Positions 7,439 to 16,409 of a DNA stretch of 17,776 nucleotides are shown piece after piece; position 1 is the first letter of the stretch, and every line of letters begins with the position of its first letter. The DNA comes from a bacterium. Its GTDB lineage: Bacteria; SZUA-182; DTGQ01; JAFGSM01. The stretch spans positions 1-17,776 of the forward strand of contig JBLIRP010000076.1 of assembly GCA_049472355.1 (NCBI GenBank), in the 5' to 3' direction. The notes under the pieces were generated by a model, which was not told the origin of the DNA, ran no database searches, and was given only the letters and a program-made list of their open reading frames with translations. The position numbers and the translations under genes were made by a program.

Positions 7439-8997
7439 GCAGGGAATGGGGCAAACAGGGCATCAGCCTTGTGTGGAGCACCCTGTCGGGGATCCTGCTG
7501 ATCTCGATCTTCCCGCTCTGGGGCAAGTCCGGGCTCGCGTGGGTGGCCTTGCTGCCTCTGCTCTGGCTGGTGTGCACCACCGAGGGACGGGGCCTTTTCT
7601 GGTACGGATGGTGGACCGGCATCGTCTTTTTCTCCGGGCTCCTGTACTGGCTTTCAGGGACCATGGTACGGTATGGGGGGCTTCCCCTCATCCTCAGCCG
7701 CCTCTCCCTCCTTTTGCTTTGTCTCTATCTGGGGCTCTACGTCGCATCATTCAGCGTTCTGCTCAGGTATGCCCTCCGCAGGACCCGGGTGCCGTTCAGT
7801 ATCCTCGCCCCCACCCTGTGGGTTGCCCTTGAATGGGTCCGATCCTATCTGCTGACCGGTTTCCCCTGGGGATTGCTCGGATACTCCCAGGCGCGCTCGG
7901 CGGTCTTCGTGCAATGTGCCGATCTGGCCGGGGTCTACGGCATCAGCTTCCTGATCGTGTTTGTGAATGCCGCGCTTGCCGATATCATCCGTTGGTATGT
8001 GTCCCCGGGACCGGGAGAGAGGGCGCAGCGGAGGATTGTCCGCGAGACCCTGGCCTTGGGCCTTGTGATCACCATTGCCGCAGGATACGGCCTGTTTCGC
8101 CTGCATACCCCCGTTTTCCCCGCACCCGGGAGCGGGGCAACCGGAGGGCCGCTTGCCGTGGCCCTGATCCAGGGGAACATCCCCCAGGAGATGAAGCGGG
8201 ATGTGGCGCAGAGCTACACCATACTTGCAGAGTACGGCCGCATGAGCATGGCCCTTCCCGATCGGCCGGGCAGGCTGGTCATTTGGCCGGAAACCGCGTG
8301 CAATGCCACGGCCCTCCCCGGGGAAGGCACCACATTTTCCGTGGTATCGGGCTGGGCCCAGCGGATCGGCTCGCCTCTCCTCCTGGGTTGCCCGAGGTAC
8401 GCACTGGATCGGGAGGGGGCGTTCAACAGCGCCTTCCTCCTCTCCCCCACTGGTGAGCTGACAGGATTTTATGATAAGATGCACCTCGTGCCCTTCGGGG
8501 AGTATTTTCCCTTTCAATGGGTGGCCGATGCGCTCGGCGGAATGGGATCGTTCCTCAGGGGAAACGATGTCACCGTTTTCCCGATACAGGGGCGTTTTTT
8601 CTCCGTGATCATCTGTTTCGAGGCGATATTTCCCGATCTGTGCCGGAGATTTGTCAGGGAGGGAGCGGATTTCCTGGTCAACCTGACCAATGACGCGTGG
8701 TTCGGTGACACGGCTGCGCCCTACCAGCACTTCGACATGGCCTGCATGCGGGCGGTGGAGAACCGGGTGTGGCTGGCCAGGGCCGCCAATACCGGCATAT
8801 CCGCGATTGTTGACCCGTGGGGAAGGGTGGTCCGCAGGGGGGGGATCTTTGAACGGCTGGTCATCGAAGGTGAGATCGGCGCCAATCCACCGTCAAGTCT
8901 GTATGTGGGCATTGGTGACCTTTTTGCCTGGGTGTGTCTTTTTTTCAGTTTTGTATGGTGCGTGATGATCATTCACAAGGGATTGAAGGGGGCGTGA
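7435..8997 (+). CDS. lnt: Apolipoprotein N-acyltransferase
   Basis: Has GFPWGLLGYSQ, QGNIPQ, the catalytic WPET / YDKMHLVPFGE / ICFEAIF motifs, TNDAWFG and RAANTGISA. ATGA overlap with pgsA. Confidence 0.97.
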   Translation: MSREWGKQGISLVWSTLSGILLISIFPLWGKSGLAWVALLPLLWLVCTTEGRGLFWYGWWTGIVFFSGLLYWLSGTMVRYGGLPLILSRLSLLLLCLYLGLYVASFSVLLRYALRRTRVPFSILAPTLWVALEWVRSYLLTGFPWGLLGYSQARSAVFVQCADLAGVYGISFLIVFVNAALADIIRWYVSPGPGERAQRRIVRETLALGLVITIAAGYGLFRLHTPVFPAPGSGATGGPLAVALIQGNIPQEMKRDVAQSYTILAEYGRMSMALPDRPGRLVIWPETACNATALPGEGTTFSVVSGWAQRIGSPLLLGCPRYALDREGAFNSAFLLSPTGELTGFYDKMHLVPFGEYFPFQWVADALGGMGSFLRGNDVTVFPIQGRFFSVIICFEAIFPDLCRRFVREGADFLVNLTNDAWFGDTAAPYQHFDMACMRAVENRVWLARAANTGISAIVDPWGRVVRRGGIFERLVIEGEIGANPPSSLYVGIGDLFAWVCLFFSFVWCVMIIHKGLKGA

Positions 8998-9001
8998 GGG
9001 A

Positions 9002-10091
9002 ATGTACGAGGATCAGGGTCGTCGTTTTGAGGAGTTGTCGAGCGGATTGGATGCACTCAGGAGGCATCTTTGACCTTGACGGGAAGCGGGAACGGGTCAA
9101 GGCAATCGATGAGGTCATCGCCCTTCCGGATTTCTGGTCCGATCAGGAACAGGCACAGCGGCTCCTCCAGGAGCGCGCCTCGCTGATGGAATGGATCGAG
9201 GCGATCGAGCAGGAGGAAAAGAGGGTCGAGGACATCAGGGTGATGCTCGAGCTGGGGGAGGAGGACCCTTCGTTTCTGCAGGAGGCCGAGAGTCACCTCA
9301 CGCAGGAAGAGGACGCCATATATGACCTGGAGATTCGCGTGCTCCTCTCAAAGGAGCGGGACCGGAGCAATGCGATCGTTTCCATCCACTCCGGTGCCGG
9401 GGGCACGGAGTCACAGGACTGGGCGGAGATGCTCCTGCGAATGTACACCCGGTGGCTCGAGCAGAAGGGATTCCAGGTGAAGGTCGTGGACATCCTCGTC
9501 GGTCAGGAGGCCGGGATCAAGAGCGTGGAACTCATGGCCCTGGGTCCCTATGCATACGGATACCTGAAGGGGGAATCCGGGGTGCACCGGCTGGTGCGCA
9601 TATCCCCGTTTGATGCAAGCGGGAGGCGGCACACCTCGTTCGCCTCGGTGTTCGTCTATCCCGAGGTGGATGAGGACATCGAGATAGAGATCGACGAGAA
9701 GGACCTGCGGATCGACACCTATCGCTCGAGCGGCGCCGGGGGACAGCATGTGAACGTGACCGATTCGGCCGTGCGCATCACCCACCTGCCCACCAATATC
9801 GTGGTCTCGTGCCAGAACGAGCGCTCGCAGCATCAAAACAAGGACATGGCCATGAAGATCCTTCGCTCGCGCCTCTATGAGCTGAAGATGGAGGAACAGC
9901 AGAAGGAGATCGACCAGATAAACGCGGGAAAGAAGGAGATCGCATGGGGAAGCCAGATACGCTCGTACGTGTTTCAACCCTACCAGTTGGTGAAGGACCA
10001 CCGGACCGGGGTGGAGACCGGGAATGTGAACGCGGTCATGGACGGCGAGATCGATCCCTTTATCGAGGCATACCTCAAATGGCAGTCCTAA
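9002..10091 (+). CDS. prfB: Peptide chain release factor 2, translated through a programmed +1 frameshift (~362 aa)
   Basis: ATG 9002 gives [23 protein letters not shown], then CTT TGA C. The +1 frame continues DLDGKRE... and contains [13 protein letters not shown] and GGQ. Confidence 0.97.
9059..9074 (+). promoter_or_regulatory. RF2 autoregulatory +1 frameshift site
   Basis: AGGAGG-CAT-CTT-TGA-C: an internal SD three nt before the CTT TGA C shift site. Confidence 0.96.
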
Positions 10092-10255
10092 CCGCCTGAG
10101 CGATACCCAGCCCGCCAATTCGAATCCGAACCGTTAGGCCGGCGGTGTGCATAGCCATGCTTGATCCGATTCCCTTCTCCAACGAGGATTTCACATTCTC
10201 ATCGTATTATTCTGATCCTGACTTTCAAATTTATCGGGCTAAAATGCAACTATGA

Positions 10256-11023
10256 TTAAAAGAATCCTTTTTGAGGATGCAAAGGCATCTTTTGACTGAT
10301 ATATTTGGAGTCAATACGGGTGCCAACGAGTCGGTTAATTGTCCAACGCAAAAGTTTAAAATACCAATCCTGGAAACTGTTACCTTTGTCCGTATAGAAC
10401 CGTTGACTGGGATTATTAGTGAGCCTGTTTATACATAGGATGCAACGGTTAAGGCTGTCTGAATATTGAGATGCTACATCCGGGCGCCACCCATTCTTTT
10501 GGTCTTCTATGAATTCAATCAAACGGGAAGTGTATGCAGGGCCAACTAAACGGCCGCTTGCAGGTCTGGGCACCATATCCGCTTGAATTTCCCTTTTTCT
10601 TGATTGCCTTGCCAAATTAACAATAGTGAGTTTTGGATCGGGAATGGACTCAGGGCAAGGCGGAATTTTTGAGACATGAATACTGAGAAAATTTGCGAGA
10701 TTTTCTCGATCAGCAAGGATCCAGGCTTCTGCTTCTCGAACAGCCACCCTGAAACACATGTTGGAGAATTGACTGGGCAGCAAGGATTCGATTAATGGTG
10801 GGGCACATTCATAATCATGATCCAGATCAATCAATACAATCCAAGGCTTAAAGCGTGCTGCATTATTAAATCCCTCAATTTTTTGTTTAGGGTAATCTTT
10901 CCCTTTTTTGCCATAAACATGACCTATTGGCGCATGCAGATGCTCACCGAGCCGCTTGACTAATGCCTCATCCACAAGCCCCTCCACAGCACATGAAATA
11001 GTAACGGATTTTTGATTTGACAT
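10256..11023 (-). CDS. TOPRIM-like putative nuclease (DUF4276/DUF4435/RloB-like)
   Basis: Has AVEGLVDE, LIDLD (DxD) and REAEAWILAD motifs, plus DPK and SL.R. It begins 3 bp after the ATPase stop. Confidence 0.7.
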   Translation of the reverse strand: MSNQKSVTISCAVEGLVDEALVKRLGEHLHAPIGHVYGKKGKDYPKQKIEGFNNAARFKPWIVLIDLDHDYECAPPLIESLLPSQFSNMCFRVAVREAEAWILADRENLANFLSIHVSKIPPCPESIPDPKLTIVNLARQSRKREIQADMVPRPASGRLVGPAYTSRLIEFIEDQKNGWRPDVASQYSDSLNRCILCINRLTNNPSQRFYTDKGNSFQDWYFKLLRWTINRLVGTRIDSKYISQKMPLHPQKGFF

Positions 11024-11026
11024 GCA

Positions 11027-12187
11027 TCAATCCCCAAAAAGGGATAATTGCTGGACTTTTTTAGGGCGTGTTTGTGGAATAACGGCATCCGCAATGCTCA
11101 ATCCCCCGTCAAGAAGAAGTTTGGCATCTTCTATGGTATCTGCGGGGGTAATTGTTGTGCCTTGGTCTCCCGGTTGGACAAGCAGGACTTCATCCAAGCC
11201 GATCCCATCATCCTGTAATACCTCGGTCGAATGTGTGCTCATTATGACCTGCCTGCCGGATTTTCGCTGGATTCGTGCAAACATCTGAGGAATAAATTTC
11301 ACAACCTCCGGATGGAGTGATAACTCGGGTTCTTCCAAGAGTAAAGGACCGTTGCCATCCAATGTTACCCAAAGAAGTCCCATGAGCCTGAGTGTGCCAT
11401 CTGAAAATTGATCTTCCATATGCCATGCGCCTTGGGGACGCCAATGTTCATATTTGCCTCGCAGATGAGGTGTACCTCGCTCATCACGAGTCATTTCCAG
11501 TTCCTTGAGCTGAGGAACGGCAAAACCCAAAGCATCTCTGATACGCCTTAATCGCGCATCACGAGTTCTTTCCTGGGTATGTGCAATCTGCTCGAGAAAA
11601 TCACCCCCATAGGGATCATTCTTTTTCCCTATTGAGCGATCGGGCTCCCGAATGAGTTGCGGTACGATATGAAGGTAGCGAATGGTTGAAAAAAAATCCG
11701 CAATTTCTCTAAAATTTTGATTGACATAGACCTGTTCGAGATATGTCTGACTCAGCCGCTCAGGATCTTTTGCATCATTTGTATCAGGCCGCTCCAAAAC
11801 TGTTTTTCCATGTTTAATCACCTTTTCTTTTTTAATAAGTGGGCGTCGCAGGTTATCTTGATTAAAATGGATCTCATATTCCCATGCAGATAAATCCTCT
11901 TCATTCCCTATACTTACATGGATTGATATATCCGACTTTCGTCTGGCTGAGAGGCACCGTAAGCTGGAGACCCCGCTTCTTTTACGAACGGCCTCTTGGA
12001 ACCCGCCGCCAACTGATATAATATCGTGAAGGAATCTAAATACATCTAAAAGGTTCGATTTTCCCGATGCATTGGGTCCCACTAAAAATACCCTGTCCCG
12101 GAGTCCAACATCGATCTTCACAAAATTCCGCCAGTTTTCGAGATATAATCGGGTAAACCTAAATGATTTGCCTTTTGTTTTGCTCAT
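11027..12187 (-). CDS. Soluble ABC-type ATPase (AAA_21/AAA_15-like)
   Basis: Has LENWRNF, Walker A GPNASGKS, signature FSDGTLR, Walker B LLLEEPE, LHP and H-loop STHS. No permease partner. Confidence 0.9.
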   Translation of the reverse strand: MSKTKGKSFRFTRLYLENWRNFVKIDVGLRDRVFLVGPNASGKSNLLDVFRFLHDIISVGGGFQEAVRKRSGVSSLRCLSARRKSDISIHVSIGNEEDLSAWEYEIHFNQDNLRRPLIKKEKVIKHGKTVLERPDTNDAKDPERLSQTYLEQVYVNQNFREIADFFSTIRYLHIVPQLIREPDRSIGKKNDPYGGDFLEQIAHTQERTRDARLRRIRDALGFAVPQLKELEMTRDERGTPHLRGKYEHWRPQGAWHMEDQFSDGTLRLMGLLWVTLDGNGPLLLEEPELSLHPEVVKFIPQMFARIQRKSGRQVIMSTHSTEVLQDDGIGLDEVLLVQPGDQGTTITPADTIEDAKLLLDGGLSIADAVIPQTRPKKVQQLSLFGD

Positions 12188-12246
12188 TATTTATTCTTTC
12201 TTACAATAATAGAAATTTAGTTTTTTATTATGAACTATATGCAAAA

Positions 12247-12276
12247 AGTATATCCGAGGGCTGTGATTTATGTCAA
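12247..12276 (-). promoter_or_regulatory. sigma70-type promoter for the ATPase/TOPRIM operon
   Basis: Minus strand TTGACA-N18-TATACT, about 60 bp upstream of the ATG. Confidence 0.6.
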
Positions 12277-12569
12277 TATAGGGAGACTTCTCCAAGAACC
12301 AACATTCATTTGATATTCCCTGCTGCTTGCCGTAGGGTAACCTCCAAGGGAACAGTCTGAGAAATCATCGGCTTCTCAATATGACTAAATACGTTATGTA
12401 ACGACGATGTTCGAGGTCAACCTTAATATGGATGACTTTTTCCTGGAGGCCCATATGAGCCTGTGACCACTGGATTTCTATAATCTTTGCTGGTGCATGG
12501 CCTTTGGCAGGCTACATGACTGCCCACGACCAATGCGGCCATCAGGATTGCCGCATGTGTATCCGGCAA

Positions 12570-12598
12570 TTGCATTCATGACCGTCAGCACTTATAAT
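12570..12598 (+). promoter_or_regulatory. sigma70-type promoter upstream of the structured RNA and lysS
   Basis: TTGCAT-N17-TATAAT; predicted TSS near 12605. Confidence 0.6.
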
Positions 12599-12604
12599 AG
12601 CGTA

Positions 12605-12798
12605 ACCTTTACAGGCATAGTGGGTAATGGAGTAGCTTTGTAAGGACAGGGGTATGCGCCGGTGTGCCTGTGGACTAATACTGCAGCCTGTCGGCGGAGC
12701 GAGCCATACAGGTAATTGCAGGGAGTAACATTAGTAGCTCCGCTTCGCGCCGCCTGACAAAGTTTTGCTGGCGTATCTCCTGTCCAGAAGAGATTCTG
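12605..12798 (+). ncRNA. Unassigned structured RNA (lysS leader or sRNA)
   Basis: A 20-bp stem pairs 12644-12664 with 12766-12785 (one bulge; every non-Watson-Crick pair is G.U on the + strand). It encloses further nested stems and is followed by a GAGA-tetraloop hairpin at 12785-12798. Confidence 0.5.
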
Positions 12799-12844
12799 AA
12801 GTTTACGCGATTCAATCCATGCGCAGGGATGAGTGAGATCAACG

Positions 12845-14335
12845 ATGTCTGAATTCGATTTACAGCGCCAGCACAGGTTGGACAAGATAGAGGAATTGAG
12901 AAAGGCAGGGGGGAATCCCTATCCCAATGACTTCCGTCCCTCTGCGGGAATCCCCGAGGTCATCGAAAAAAACGGCTCCATAGGGGAGGGGGAGGAATCC
13001 GCAGAGACGGTTGCCGTAGCCGGGAGGCTGGTTGCCAAGCGGGGTCACGGCAAGACCTGTTTCGCCCACATCCTTGGCAATGGGGCCCGGCTCCAGATAT
13101 ATGCGCGAAGGGATCTCATCGGGGATGAGCAGTTTGCGGGATTTGAGTCCCTCGATATTGGAGACATCATCGGGGTCAGCGGAAACATCTTCAGGACCCG
13201 CACCGGTGAGCTGACCCTGATGATCAAGAAATGCGCCCTTCTTGCAAAATCGCTGCGTCCCCTGCCGGAAAAATGGCACGGGCTCAAGGATGTTGAAACG
13301 CGGTATCGTCAACGCTACTTGGATCTTTTGACCAATCCGCAGACCCGGGAGGTTTTCCTCATGCGCAGCAGGATCATCCGGGCGATGAGGGAATTCTTCG
13401 ATCAACGTGGATTCATGGAGGTGGAGACCCCCATGATGCAGCCCCTGCCGGGGGGAGCTGCGGCGCGTCCCTTCAAGACCCATCACCATACCCTGGACCT
13501 CGACCTGTACCTGAGGATCGCGCCTGAGCTCTATCTCAAAAGGTTGGTGGTGGGGGGATTCGAACGGGTCTACGAATTGAATCGCAACTTTCGCAACGAG
13601 GGCATATCCACCGAGCACAACCCGGAGTTTACCATGCTGGAATTCTACATGGCCTATGCCGACTACCAGGACCTCATGACCTTCACCGAGGAGCTTTTCG
13701 GTTCGCTTGCCCGGGGGATAAAGGGATGCCTGGCCTGGGAATATCAGGGGGTCAGGCTCGATTTCACCCCTCCCTGGCAGCGATACACCCTGCGGGAGGC
13801 CCTCTGCGCATTGAGTGACCTTACCGAGAGGGACCTTCAGGACAGGTCCCTCCTGGTCAAACGATATGTTGCGGAAAACCCGGGGATCGATGTAAAGGCC
13901 GCCCAAAGGGAGGCACACGGCAGACTGCTCATGAAGCTCTTCGAGACCCTGGTGGAACCGAGGCTCATGCAGCCGACGTTTATCACGGATTTCCCCAAGG
14001 AGGTGTCGCCCCTTGCCCGTTCAAAGGATGCGGACCCTGACGTGGTGGAGCGGTTCGAGCTCTACGTGGCGGGCAAGGAGCTGGCGAACGCCTTCAGCGA
14101 GCTGAACGATCCGGTGGATCAAAGGGAGCGGTTCCTTCGCCAGGTGGAGGATGCCGACGAGGAGGGGATGGTGAAGCGGGTGGATGAGGACTACGTACAT
14201 GCCCTCGAATACGGTCTCCCTCCTACCGCCGGCGAAGGAATCGGGATCGATCGCCTTGCCATGGTATTTGCCGATGCATCGTCGATTCGTGATGTCATCC
14301 TGTTCCCCCAACTGAGAGAGGTTCAAAGGCCGTAA
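12845..14335 (+). CDS. lysS: Lysine--tRNA ligase (class II)
   Basis: Has the OB domain, PLPEKWHGL, RYRQRYLDL, motif 2 FRNEGISTEHNPEF and motif 3 YGLPPTAGEGIGIDRL. ATG at 12845. Confidence 0.98.
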   Translation: MSEFDLQRQHRLDKIEELRKAGGNPYPNDFRPSAGIPEVIEKNGSIGEGEESAETVAVAGRLVAKRGHGKTCFAHILGNGARLQIYARRDLIGDEQFAGFESLDIGDIIGVSGNIFRTRTGELTLMIKKCALLAKSLRPLPEKWHGLKDVETRYRQRYLDLLTNPQTREVFLMRSRIIRAMREFFDQRGFMEVETPMMQPLPGGAAARPFKTHHHTLDLDLYLRIAPELYLKRLVVGGFERVYELNRNFRNEGISTEHNPEFTMLEFYMAYADYQDLMTFTEELFGSLARGIKGCLAWEYQGVRLDFTPPWQRYTLREALCALSDLTERDLQDRSLLVKRYVAENPGIDVKAAQREAHGRLLMKLFETLVEPRLMQPTFITDFPKEVSPLARSKDADPDVVERFELYVAGKELANAFSELNDPVDQRERFLRQVEDADEEGMVKRVDEDYVHALEYGLPPTAGEGIGIDRLAMVFADASSIRDVILFPQLREVQRP

Positions 14336-14336
14336 C

Positions 14337-15566
14337 ATGGCCATGCCCTACGAACTCTTTATCGCCCTTCGCTATCTGAAGGCAAAACGGAAACAGACCG
14401 TCATCTCTATCGTCACCGTCATATCCATGGCCGGGGTGGCGCTCGGGGTGATGGCCCTCATCATCGTGCTCGCGGTGATGACCGGCTTTCAGAACGACAT
14501 GCGGGACAAGATCCTGGAGACCAACGCCCACGTGATCGTGTTGAGCCATGAATCACAGGGGATCGAGGGGTATGAGGCGATTATGCGGAACATCGGGGAG
14601 GTGCCGGGGGTGCGTGCGGTGGCCCCGTTTATTTACAGCCAGGTCATGCTCTCCTCATCCAGAAACGCCATGGGGGTGGTGCTGCGGGGCATCGATCCCG
14701 CCATGGAGGTGCAGGTGACCCGGCTGTCGGAGAATATGGTCGATGGTGAGGTTGCGGACCTGAGCGACGGTGCGGAGGAGGGCATCATCATAGGAAAGGA
14801 GCTTGCCACCAGCCTGGGCGTGTACCAGGGGCAGGAGATCACCGTCATATCCCCGGTGGGGAGGCTGACCCCGATGGGGAACGTGCCCCGCATGAAGAAG
14901 CTCCGGGTCGCCGGCATATTCGACTCCGGTATGTACGAGTACGACACCGGCCTTGCCTATGTCTCCCTGGACACGGCCCGGGATTTTTTCAGTCTGGGCC
15001 GGGTGGTGACCGGGTTCCAGGTGAAAGTCGACGACATCTTCAATGCCCGGGAGATCAGCCGGAGGGTCCAGGAGGCGCTGGGCTTTCCCTTCTTCACCCG
15101 CGACTGGATGGAGATGAACAAGAATCTCTTCTCCGCGCTCAAATTGGAAAAACTCGCCATGTTCATCATCCTCGTTCTCATCATCCTGGTGGCGGCCTTC
15201 AACATCATCAGCACCCTCGTCATGATGGTGCTCGAAAAACACAAGGACATCGGCATCCTGAAATCCATGGGTGCATCACGAAGGAGCATCTTGGTCATAT
15301 TTCTCCTCCAGGGATTGACCATAGGGGTCGTGGGCACATTCGCGGGCCTGGCCGGGGGGATCGCGGCATGCTGGATCGCCGACACCTATCACCTCATAAA
15401 GCTCCAGGCGGATATCTACTATATCAGCTACCTCTCCTTTACCATGCAGCCCATGGATGTGTTCCTGGTATCCGCGGCCTCCATCCTGATAAGCATCGCC
15501 GCCACCTTGTATCCCGCGTGGCAGGCGTCGCAGCTTGATCCTGCCGAGGCCCTCAGATATGAATAA
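14337..15566 (+). CDS. lolE: Lipoprotein-releasing ABC transporter permease LolC/E
   Basis: Has IALRYL, GVALGVMALIIVLAVMTGF, VAAFNIISTL.M.V.EK.KDIGIL..MGA and ATLYPAWQA...PAEALRYE. Confidence 0.93.
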   Translation: MAMPYELFIALRYLKAKRKQTVISIVTVISMAGVALGVMALIIVLAVMTGFQNDMRDKILETNAHVIVLSHESQGIEGYEAIMRNIGEVPGVRAVAPFIYSQVMLSSSRNAMGVVLRGIDPAMEVQVTRLSENMVDGEVADLSDGAEEGIIIGKELATSLGVYQGQEITVISPVGRLTPMGNVPRMKKLRVAGIFDSGMYEYDTGLAYVSLDTARDFFSLGRVVTGFQVKVDDIFNAREISRRVQEALGFPFFTRDWMEMNKNLFSALKLEKLAMFIILVLIILVAAFNIISTLVMMVLEKHKDIGILKSMGASRRSILVIFLLQGLTIGVVGTFAGLAGGIAACWIADTYHLIKLQADIYYISYLSFTMQPMDVFLVSAASILISIAATLYPAWQASQLDPAEALRYE

Positions 15567-16245
15567 CAGCGGCCCCCTGATAGAGCTTAAGGATATCCAC
15601 AAGTCCTACCCCATGGGATCGGGATGCGTGGATGTCCTGAAGGGTATTGACCTGATGCTTCAACAGGGGGGGACCATGGCCGTGGTCGGCGCCTCCGGCG
15701 CCGGAAAGAGCACCCTTTTGCATATCATCGGCGCCCTTGATAGACCCACCAAAGGGCGATATCATTACAAAGGAATGGAGGTGTTCGGCCTCTCGGACAG
15801 AAAGATGGCCCGGTTCAGAAACCGGACGATCGGGTTCGTGTTTCAGTTCCATCACCTGCTGCCGGAGTTCACCGCGCTGGAGAACACCATGATACCCCTT
15901 ATGATCGCAGGGACATTGGGACGCAGGGAGGTCGAGGAGAGGGCGCGGGGGCTTCTTGCGGAGGTGGGGCTGGAACATCGGGAATCGCACCGGCCCTCAG
16001 AGCTCTCCGGGGGTGAGCAGCAACGGGTCGCCATCGCCCGCGCCCTGGTCAACGAGCCGGAACTCCTCCTGGCGGACGAGCCCACGGGAAATCTGGATAC
16101 GAAAACGAGCGAGTCCGTGTTCGATCTCATGATACGGCTCAATGAAAAGAAGGGGATGAGCATGCTCGTGGTCACCCACAACAGGGAATTGGCAGGCCGT
16201 GCCGGGTGGCAACTCAGGCTTCAAGATGGTATGATTGTGGATTGA
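15559..16245 (+). CDS. lolD: Lipoprotein-releasing ABC transporter ATP-binding protein
   Basis: Has GASGAGKST, the LolD motif GFVFQFHHLLPEF, LSGGEQQR and LADEPTGNLD. Overlaps the lolE stop. Confidence 0.95.
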   Translation: MNNSGPLIELKDIHKSYPMGSGCVDVLKGIDLMLQQGGTMAVVGASGAGKSTLLHIIGALDRPTKGRYHYKGMEVFGLSDRKMARFRNRTIGFVFQFHHLLPEFTALENTMIPLMIAGTLGRREVEERARGLLAEVGLEHRESHRPSELSGGEQQRVAIARALVNEPELLLADEPTGNLDTKTSESVFDLMIRLNEKKGMSMLVVTHNRELAGRAGWQLRLQDGMIVD

Positions 16246-16336
16246 TTTTTGCATCTATTGTCATATAATAAAAATAGAAATACATTCACAACGAACGTTG
16301 TGGGGCATAAGACCAATTGGTAACAGCATGGTTGTC

Positions 16337-16382
16337 GTATACAGGGCATACCCCGGCTTCATAATTCGTATGCCCCGTATGC
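16337..16382. promoter_or_regulatory. Inverted repeat/hairpin between lolD and clpC
   Basis: ATACAGGGCATAC-N16-GTATGCCCCGTAT, 12 of 13 positions paired; no U-tract follows on the + strand. Confidence 0.45.
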
Positions 16383-16409
16383 AATAAATAGTCATTCGAG
16401 GTTTGCATT

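Noticed and set aside
10100..10132. tRNA 3' fragment (TTCGAATCC) as an att site
   Set aside because: No T-stem or acceptor stem can be formed around it.
12622..12685. Fluoride riboswitch (GGTAATGGAGT...CTAAT)
   Set aside because: It lacks the TCRCC strand and the GCTRATGACTYCT 3' motif, and the downstream gene is not fluoride-related.
12600..12760. Canonical lysine, ZTP or T-box riboswitch
   Set aside because: There is no 5' AGAGGYGC or P3 (lysine), no GACTGGCG or GCCTGGGC (ZTP), and no GGTGGNACC (T-box). Kept only as an unassigned structured RNA.
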